From: Pseudonocardiaceae bacterium
GTDB lineage: Bacteria; Actinomycetota; Actinomycetes; Mycobacteriales; Pseudonocardiaceae
DNA: 64,000 nucleotides
NCBI GenBank assembly: GCA_050699815.1
Contig: JBOHFT010000001.1
Location: 3,850 to 67,849 of the forward strand
Direction: 5' to 3'
Within the stretch, counting starts at the first letter, position 1. Each line of letters starts with the position of its first letter. This document shows positions 58,067 through 64,000 of this stretch, piece after piece. The notes below the pieces were generated by a model. The model made no database searches, was not told the DNA's origin, and saw nothing but the letters and a program-made list of their open reading frames with translations. A program made the translations under genes and the position numbers.

Positions 58067-61000
58067 CTACAATAGGCGGAGTTGGGTGTCTCGGGGCTTC
58101 TGGCGCGGCAAGGCCGCACCGATCTGCTCGCACACGGCAGCATCGAGATCGGCCAGGAACGGTGATCTGCTGGTTGTCCAGGAGGTGCCGTGGCGAACCC
58201 GTTCGGCGGCGTGACTGAGGTAGAGGTGCTGCTGCGCACGAGTCATGCCGACGAATAGCAGCCGGCGCTCCTCGCACACCTGCTCGGTGTCGGCATCGTC
58301 GGGCGCCATTCCCGGCCAGCGCAATGGCAGCAGCCCGTCCGCGCAGCCCACGACGAACACCACCGGAAACTCGAGTCCCTTGGCGGCGTGCAGCGTCAGC
58401 AGCGAGACCCGGTCGGCCCGGGGATCCCAGGTGTCGACCTCGACGCCGAGCGACAACTCGGTGCGAAACCGCTCCAGGTCGTCGCCGCAGCGGTCGGCCA
58501 GCGGCCTGAGCAAATCGACAGCGGCATGAATCTCGGCGTCTTGTCGTTCAACGACCGGGAGGCGGTCCAGGACAGCGCGTGCGGCGTGTCCCAGACGTTC
58601 CAGGACCGGCATCTTCTCCGTATCACTAGCCGGTGCGTACGTCAGTTCACCGAGAATCCGCTCCACCCCCGGCCGATCGGCCAGCCGGTCGTGCGAGCGT
58701 TTCTGAACCGGCAGGCCCGCCCTGGCCAGCGCGTCCAGCACGGCGCAGGCCTGCCGGTCGGTCCGGTACAGCACGGCAAAGTCGGAGAAACCCAATTTCC
58801 CCGTGCCGTCGGAGTCGACTCGCCCACTGTCGAACGAGTGGAATGACACCCCGCCCAGCAGCTGCTCGATCGTGTGCACGACGAACGACGCCTCGGCCTG
58901 CTCGGTGGGCGCATGATGCATCCCGACCAGGGAGTCCCCGTGGGCACTCATCGGCCGCAGCACGCGGCCCGGGACCAGGGTCGTCGGCGAGATCACCCGC
59001 AGGGCCGCGGTCAGGATCTTCGCGCCGGACCGGTAGTTGCGGGTGAGCGCCACCGTGTGCGCACCCGGGAAATCCTGCTGGAAACGCAGGAAGAACCCGA
59101 CGTCGGCGCCCCGGAACCGGTAGATCGCCTGGTCCGGGTCACCGATCGCGGTGAGGTTGCCGTGCGGGCTGGCGAGTTGGCTCAACAACCGGTATTGCTG
59201 CTCGTCGACATCCTGGTACTCATCGACCGAGATCCACCGGTACCGATCACGGTAGGCAGCAGCCAGGTCCGGGTCGGACTCCAAGAGCGTGACCGGCAGC
59301 GCAACGAGATCATCGAAATCGACCAGATCCCGCTGGCGCAGCGCCTTCGTGTATTGGTCCGCGGTGCCGGCACACTCCATTTCAGGCCCGCCGGTTCGGC
59401 GTTGCCGGGACAGGCCGGTGAGCAGGCGCCGGGCTTGCTTCTCGTCGCCGGTGATCTCGGTCGCGATGGCCATCTGCTGGGCCTGATCAGCGATACCGAA
59501 GTCCGGGCCTAGCCCTACCCTCGCATGCTGCTCGCGCAGGATACGCACGCCGAGGGAGTGAAAGGTGGCAATGGTCAGCTTGGGTGCATGCTCGGGGGTC
59601 AGCGTGGCGAGCCGGGCCGCCATTTCCTCGGCCGCGCGGCGGGTGAAGGTGATCGCCAGGCAGTGCTGCGGTGCCACGCCGTGCGCCGTCACCAGGTGCG
59701 CGATGCGGTGCGTCAGCGTGCGGGTCTTGCCGGTTCCCGGGCCAGCGATGATCAGCAACGGCCCTTCGGTGATCTCCGCGGCGGCTCGCTGCTCGGGATC
59801 GAGTCCGTCGAGTAGCGACCCCGCGGCGCGCACCGGCGTCTGGGGTGGCGATTCGGTCTCGGCGGGCGGGATCGGCTCCGGCGCAACCGCGGCCTTGCGG
59901 GTCGGTGGGTCCGATGGGGGCTCGCTCGCGCCGGACAGGGCGTCGCCGAACAGTGCCGGGGCGGTGACCGCGCTGATCCGCTTCAGCTCACCGGGTTCGA
60001 AGAGCCTGATCACGCCGTACTCGCCGTCGTATCCGGCCTCGCGGGTCACCGCACCGCGGCGGAGCCGGGCCACGGCCTCCGCAAGCAGTGGCGAGTGGGC
60101 CTCGATGTCGTCGAGTGGCACGTCCTGAAGGATCACCAGCTCAGGCCCCAATGCGGCGGTGAGCTTGTCGATCTGCCCGAGCACCTTCTTGCTCTTCGGT
60201 CCCGCCCCGAGGATCTCGCTCATGATCTCCGGTAAGGGGACGAGGCTGCGGAAGTCGGCGGCGCCGTCGGGCCGGATGCCTTCTGGCCGGTCGGCCAGTT
60301 CCTCGACCCGGCTCAGCACGCCGACCGTGAGCGGCTTGCCGCATTCGGGACAGGTCCCGCCGTGCTCGCGGGTCTCCTGCGGTTCCATCCGGACGCCGCA
60401 CTTGCGATGCCCGTCGACGTGGTACTTGCCTTCCTCGGGGAAGAACTCGACCGATCCCGCGTGCCCGATGCCGGTTTCGAGTGCCCGCCGGATCGCGAAG
60501 TAATCGAGGTCGGTGTCGAACACCGTGGCCTCGCGGCCGAGCATGGGCGGCGAATGCGCGTCGGAGTTGCTCACCAGCCGGTAGCGGTCAAGACCGGAGA
60601 TCCGCCAGTTCATGAGCGGGTCGCTGGACAGTCCTGTTTCCAGCGCGAAGATGTGGTCGGCGAGGTCGGCGTAGCAGTCCTCGATCGCATCGAACCCGGA
60701 CTTCGAGCCCAGCACGGCGAACCACGGCGTCCACACATGGGCCGGCACCAGATAGGCACCGTCGCCGCATTCCAGGGTGATCTCCAGCAGATCGCGGGAG
60801 TCCAGGCCGAGAATGGGGCGCCCGTCCGAGCCCAGGTTGCCGATCCGGCCGAGCCTGCGGTTGAACTCCGCAGCCGCGTCGAAGTCGGGCACATACACCA
60901 GGTGGTGCACCTTACGGGTGAGCTCACCGCGCTTGTAGATCGTGGAGATCTCCACGGACAGCATGAATCGCACGTCGGCTGCGGCCACGCTGGGCGGCAG

Positions 61001-61240
61001 CCTGCGGGTGATGTCCCGGTCCAGATCCTCGCGCAGCCGGAACAGCCCTGGTTCGGCCGACCCGAGGTTCTCGCGCAGATGCTCGAACCAGGCCGGGTGG
61101 GTGAAGTCGCCGGTGCCCACCAGCGTGATGCCCTTGCGCCGCGCCCACCAGCTCAGATGCTCCAGATCGCAGTCTTTGCTGCACGCCCGGGAGTACTTCG
61201 AGTGAATATGCAGATCGGCATGGAAACGCATCCGCGGCAT
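58067..61240 (-). CDS. Fusion protein: N-terminal EndoQ-like PHP/Zn-finger domain plus C-terminal UvrD/PcrA-type SF1 helicase
   Basis: 1057 aa. N-terminal part: FHADLHIHSKYSRACS...LVGTGDFTHPAW...VPAHVWTPW...VSNSDAHSPPMLGREA...EEGKYHVDGHRKCG...CPECGKPLTVGVLSRVEELA...GYDGEYGVIRLF. C-terminal part: LLIIAGPGTGKTRTLTHRIAHL (Walker A), ISVDEYQDV, VALTRNYRS, LLTLHAAKGLEFPVVFV, ERRLLFVGMTRAQ. Confidence 0.85.
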   Translation of the reverse strand: MPRMRFHADLHIHSKYSRACSKDCDLEHLSWWARRKGITLVGTGDFTHPAWFEHLRENLGSAEPGLFRLREDLDRDITRRLPPSVAAADVRFMLSVEISTIYKRGELTRKVHHLVYVPDFDAAAEFNRRLGRIGNLGSDGRPILGLDSRDLLEITLECGDGAYLVPAHVWTPWFAVLGSKSGFDAIEDCYADLADHIFALETGLSSDPLMNWRISGLDRYRLVSNSDAHSPPMLGREATVFDTDLDYFAIRRALETGIGHAGSVEFFPEEGKYHVDGHRKCGVRMEPQETREHGGTCPECGKPLTVGVLSRVEELADRPEGIRPDGAADFRSLVPLPEIMSEILGAGPKSKKVLGQIDKLTAALGPELVILQDVPLDDIEAHSPLLAEAVARLRRGAVTREAGYDGEYGVIRLFEPGELKRISAVTAPALFGDALSGASEPPSDPPTRKAAVAPEPIPPAETESPPQTPVRAAGSLLDGLDPEQRAAAEITEGPLLIIAGPGTGKTRTLTHRIAHLVTAHGVAPQHCLAITFTRRAAEEMAARLATLTPEHAPKLTIATFHSLGVRILREQHARVGLGPDFGIADQAQQMAIATEITGDEKQARRLLTGLSRQRRTGGPEMECAGTADQYTKALRQRDLVDFDDLVALPVTLLESDPDLAAAYRDRYRWISVDEYQDVDEQQYRLLSQLASPHGNLTAIGDPDQAIYRFRGADVGFFLRFQQDFPGAHTVALTRNYRSGAKILTAALRVISPTTLVPGRVLRPMSAHGDSLVGMHHAPTEQAEASFVVHTIEQLLGGVSFHSFDSGRVDSDGTGKLGFSDFAVLYRTDRQACAVLDALARAGLPVQKRSHDRLADRPGVERILGELTYAPASDTEKMPVLERLGHAARAVLDRLPVVERQDAEIHAAVDLLRPLADRCGDDLERFRTELSLGVEVDTWDPRADRVSLLTLHAAKGLEFPVVFVVGCADGLLPLRWPGMAPDDADTEQVCEERRLLFVGMTRAQQHLYLSHAAERVRHGTSWTTSRSPFLADLDAAVCEQIGAALPRQKPRDTQLRLL

Positions 61241-61334
61241 CCTGCCACAGGCACACCCCGGGGGGATCGCCGGTTCGTCGACGAGACCGGCGCCACGGTC
61301 CGACGTGGATGAACGAATAGGCGCTAGCCCAACG

Positions 61335-61796
61335 TCAGGCTCCGAGTGGCAGTGCTTCGTTCAGCTTTTGCCGCCATGGGGCATGAGGCGAGTGTCGAAG
61401 ACGTTCCCGCAGGTCAAGCCGGTCATTGACCTCGGCGAGGAAGTCGGGTGAGAGCCTTGGCCCGTGCGCTGGCAAGGCTTCAGGTTCGTAGCGCTCGAAC
61501 CATGCTTCGACCTGCGACCAGCTTCAGAGTGGGTTCGATGAACGCTGGCGGGCGACGGGGGCTGGGAAGTCTCCGGGACCACGCTCGCCACGTGCCAGCA
61601 GGGCAACGCTCTGACGACTGCGGCCGGCCCGCTCTGCGATCTCGCTGGCAGTCAGCCAGTCGTCGTCGGCCTGGACCCGCAGCACCCGGGCGCCGATGCC
61701 AGCCTGCTCGACGTCGACGATGGCGGAGATCACGGCATCCTGCTCGGTCGGTGCTGCACGGTCGAAGAAGCCCAGGACCGTGCCGTCTGGCTCCAC
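61335..61796 (-). pseudogene. Small HTH DNA-binding protein interrupted by an in-frame TGA
   Basis: ORF 61524..61796: ...WLTASEIAERAGRSRQSVALLARGERGPGDFPAPVARQRSSNPL*. It continues in the same frame as SWSQVEAWFERYEPEALPAHGPRLSPDFLAEVNDRL...LGA* (stop 61335-37). PL[TGA]SWSQV looks like a mutated PLWSWSQV (TGG to TGA). Confidence 0.5.
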
Positions 61797-61839
61797 GGAG
61801 AACGAGCCGTCGTCGCAGCCGGCCTCGGAACGTCGCTGG

Positions 61840-62148
61840 CGCTTCTATCGGGCACGGACTTTCGCCGAGCTCGGCAAGTTTGACGAAGCCTGGGAAGCGC
61901 AGGACCACGCATTGGAGCTATACCCGACCGATGTGGTGGGTGATCCCACCATAATTCGACTGGATCGCGCTCTTTGCCTAGTTCGAAAGAATGAGATCGA
62001 CGCGGGATGTGAACTGGCTGCCGACACCTTGTCAAGCTTGCCACCCGAACACTATGCTTCGATATTTCTCGGGTACGGCAAAAAGATCCTCGCCGCCGTG
62101 CCCAAGAAATATTCCAACCGTAGATCTGTGAACCAGTATCGGGCGTAA
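61840..62148 (+). pseudogene. Possible C-terminal (TPR-like) fragment of an XRE-type regulator
   Basis: WRFYRARTFAELGKFDEAWEAQDHALELYPTDVVGDPTIIRLDRALCLVRKNEIDAGCELAADTLSSLPPEH. No HTH part is present. GC is lower than in the flanks. This is a weak call. Confidence 0.3.
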
Positions 62149-62184
62149 TGACCGAGTCATACCAAGCCATTGGATGTGAGATGT

Positions 62185-62481
62185 CTAGCCTTTCGCAAGA
62201 TACCGCTCAAGGTCCTCCACCTTCGTGGTGAGACCGTTGGTGACCCCCGCCCTGATATCGGCCTTCAAGACAACACTAACTCGATTAGTTTTCTGCGCCA
62301 CAACTTCCACCGCCTCCTTTATGACGGCCATTACCTCATCCCATTCACCTTCGATGCTGGTGAACATCGCGTCAGTGTGGTTGGGCAGGCCGCTTGCTCT
62401 AACAACTCGCACCGCATCGGCTACCAGCTCTCCGGCAGCTTCACCAACACCAAGTGGGGTAACAGAGAAAGCGACAATCAT
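62185..62481 (-). CDS. MTH1187/YkoF-like (DUF77) thiamine-binding-fold protein
   Basis: 98 aa: [59 protein letters not shown]. Confidence 0.85.
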   Translation of the reverse strand: MIVAFSVTPLGVGEAAGELVADAVRVVRASGLPNHTDAMFTSIEGEWDEVMAVIKEAVEVVAQKTNRVSVVLKADIRAGVTNGLTTKVEDLERYLAKG

Positions 62482-62757
62482 GCCTAATGCCTTTCTGTCA
62501 CAGTGACTCGTGTAACAGCTCTACGCCCGGTCCCGGCCGACCCGCCTTGCTCCCACACCCGATCGTACGCAGCGGCGGACTGGATACTTACAGTGACGAA
62601 GGAACACGGGGAGTCGGTGGGGGAGGCACTGGGGATGCCGGGGAGATTTCCCCGCTGTCTCCCCACGCCCGCTTCCCCTCATTGAGCAGCCCATACACCC
62701 TGCAGGGACCCTCTTCTGCATCCTGCGGACACGCGCCAAACCTCCTGAATCCGAGAG

Positions 62758-63774
62758 TTGAAGGTCGACTGGCGTGCCGAGTCGATCGGCTGGATCGAGG
62801 GATGCGAGTTAGTCGGCGCTGGCCTTGTGCTCTACCGACGGCCGCCGGGGTTCGAGCGCTGTTTTGCCTACTTGCCCGAGGGGCCGGTGCTGGACTGGCA
62901 CGCCGACGTAACAGCGTCCTGGTTGGACCCCATGGTGGAGCACCTGAGGTCGGGGGACCCGTTCATGGTCAGAATGGGTCCCCCGGTGGTCGTCCGTCAC
63001 TGGGCGGCCGAAGCGATCAGGAAAGCGATCACCGCGGGCGACACCAAGCGGCTGTGCGACGTCCCGTCGACCGCCGAGGATCCGCAGGCTCTCGATCTTG
63101 CCGCGAGGCTGCGTGCGGCTGGCTGGCGGCCAGACCGGTCCCAGCGCGGCATGGGGCGCATCTAGCCTCGCCATCGCGTTCAGGTGCCGCTGACCGGTCG
63201 TATTCTCGATGAGGTCTTCGCCGGGTGCGGCAAGACGTCGTGGCAGCGCAATATCCGCAAGGCCCAGCGGGCGGGGGTGGAGGTATCCCGGGGCTCGTAT
63301 GAGGATCTGGGCGTCTTTCACCGCTTGTGCGGTGAGACCGCCGGGCGGAAACGGTTCACCCAACGCTCGCTGGAATACTTCCAGCGGATGGCGACCCTCA
63401 TGGCCGCTGAGGACCCGAATAGGTTCCGGCTGTATTTAGCGCGTCACGACGGCGAAGTGCTGGCCGCGACCATCACGGTGACGGTCGGCGAGCACGTCTG
63501 GTCGGCCTACGCCGGATCAGCGGAGCACAAACGGGAGGTGCGTGCCTCGAACGCGATTCAGTGGCGTATGCTCTCCGACGCGCATGCCGCCGGGGCGGCG
63601 GTCTACGACCTGCGCGGCGTCAGTGACACCCTCGATCCCGCCGACCCGCTGTTCGGGGTAACCCGGTTCAAGATCGGCAGCGGCGGCCACGTGGCCGCAT
63701 ACCTCGGTGAGTGGAGTTACCCGCTCGACGAGCCACTGTACGAGGCTTGTGAACAGTACCTCACTAGGCAGTAG
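62758..63774 (+). pseudogene. FemAB/FemX-family peptidoglycan aminoacyltransferase with in-frame TAG and damaged 5' end
   Basis: ORFs 62758..63165 and 63184..63774 are in the same frame and are separated by a TAG at 63163-65 (...GMGRI*PRHRVQVPLTGR...). Sequence: WQRNIRKAQRAGVEV...RFRLYLARHDGEVLAATITVTVGEHVWSAYAGS...NAIQWRMLSDAHAAGAAVYDLRGV. The reading frame is closed by a TGA 9 nt upstream of the TTG start. Confidence 0.68.
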
Positions 63775-63782
63775 GTAGGGAG

Positions 63783-64000
63783 ATGACATCACTACGGGTG
63801 GTCGCCAACCGCGTGCTATGGCGGTGCGGGCTGCGCGATGTCCTGCCCGGATACTACGTCCACCGCATCCCGGTCACGGAGTGCGGCGAGCCTCTTGAGC
63901 TGATCCCGGCTGTGCCGGGCCGCCTCCTGCTCGACCCCCGGCTCAGTCGGCCGCACCTGGCCCGACGTTCGGTCGCGGGTGCGCTGCGCCGGACTACTAC
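63783..64000 (+). CDS. Partial CDS (5' end); possibly an M15-family D-Ala-D-Ala peptidase-like protein
   Basis: ATG at 63783 follows GGGAG: MTSLRVVANRVLWRCGLRDVLPGYYVHRIPVTECGEPLELIPAVPGRLLLDPRLSRPHLARRSVAGALRR.... It is open to the window edge. The family guess is weak. Confidence 0.3.
   Translation, partial: MTSLRVVANRVLWRCGLRDVLPGYYVHRIPVTECGEPLELIPAVPGRLLLDPRLSRPHLARRSVAGALRRTT

Noticed and set aside
61524-61526. Selenocysteine, programmed read-through or an alternative genetic code as the explanation for the in-frame TGA/TAG codons.
   Set aside because: No SECIS-like hairpin is obvious downstream. Three different stop codons are involved, and all lie in clearly decaying accessory regions. 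Simple nonsense mutation or sequencing error is far more likely.
62482-62720. Possible TPP (THI-box) riboswitch upstream of the MTH1187/YkoF-like gene. The string GGACTGGATACTTACAGTGACGAAGGAAC faintly resembles the CUGGAUAAUGCCAGCG.AGGGAA part of the aptamer.
   Set aside because: The resemblance is on the wrong (+) strand relative to the gene. No CTGAGA core or GGGGTGC P2 element precedes it on either strand.
1-64000. tRNA, rRNA and other canonical RNA genes.
   Set aside because: I scanned intergenic regions by eye for cloverleaf-like GC stems with a T-loop GTTCGAATC-type motif and for rRNA-like stretches. I found none, though a dedicated tool (tRNAscan-SE or Infernal) should confirm this.

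Overview
This is a very GC-rich, actinobacterium-like chromosome segment (by eye about 70% GC) covering the replication-origin neighbourhood. The left ~12 kb is the conserved ori core. On the minus strand it reads gyrB(partial)-DUF721/DciA-like-recF-gnd-[DnaA-box cluster = putative oriC]-vapBC-dnaA. On the plus strand it reads rpmH-rnpA-yidD-yidC-jag-rsmG-parA-parB, with two perfect parS palindromes. dnaN is missing from its expected place between dnaA/oriC and gnd, and a VapBC module sits between dnaA and the DnaA-box cluster. From 12 to 35 kb, core genes (ddl, aminotransferase, GNAT, trxA/trxB, pseudokinase, murJ, DUF6049, NUDIX, cca, AIM24, MFS) alternate with toxin-antitoxin modules (RelE/ParE-like, RHH-PIN-like, XRE-DUF397, HicAB, MazEF-like), a DUF262 gene coupled to a truncated hipA, and several gene fragments. 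From about 35.5 to 53.5 kb there is a visibly lower-GC island that begins at a decayed IS30-family element. It carries a small secondary-metabolite cluster: LAL and LmbU-type regulators, a flavin-dependent halogenase, an A-T-TE NRPS-like synthetase, an SDR, an NTF2-like/O-methyltransferase fusion and a second O-methyltransferase. It also carries a decayed ~80%-identical second copy of part of that cluster, separated from the first by yceI-marR. The right end holds leuS (preceded by a possible Leu leader-peptide attenuator), a methyltransferase, an EndoQ-like PHP domain fused to a UvrD-type helicase, and more decayed genes. I recognised no rRNA, tRNA or CRISPR array by eye. All calls rest on hand translation and motif recognition; no database search was possible.
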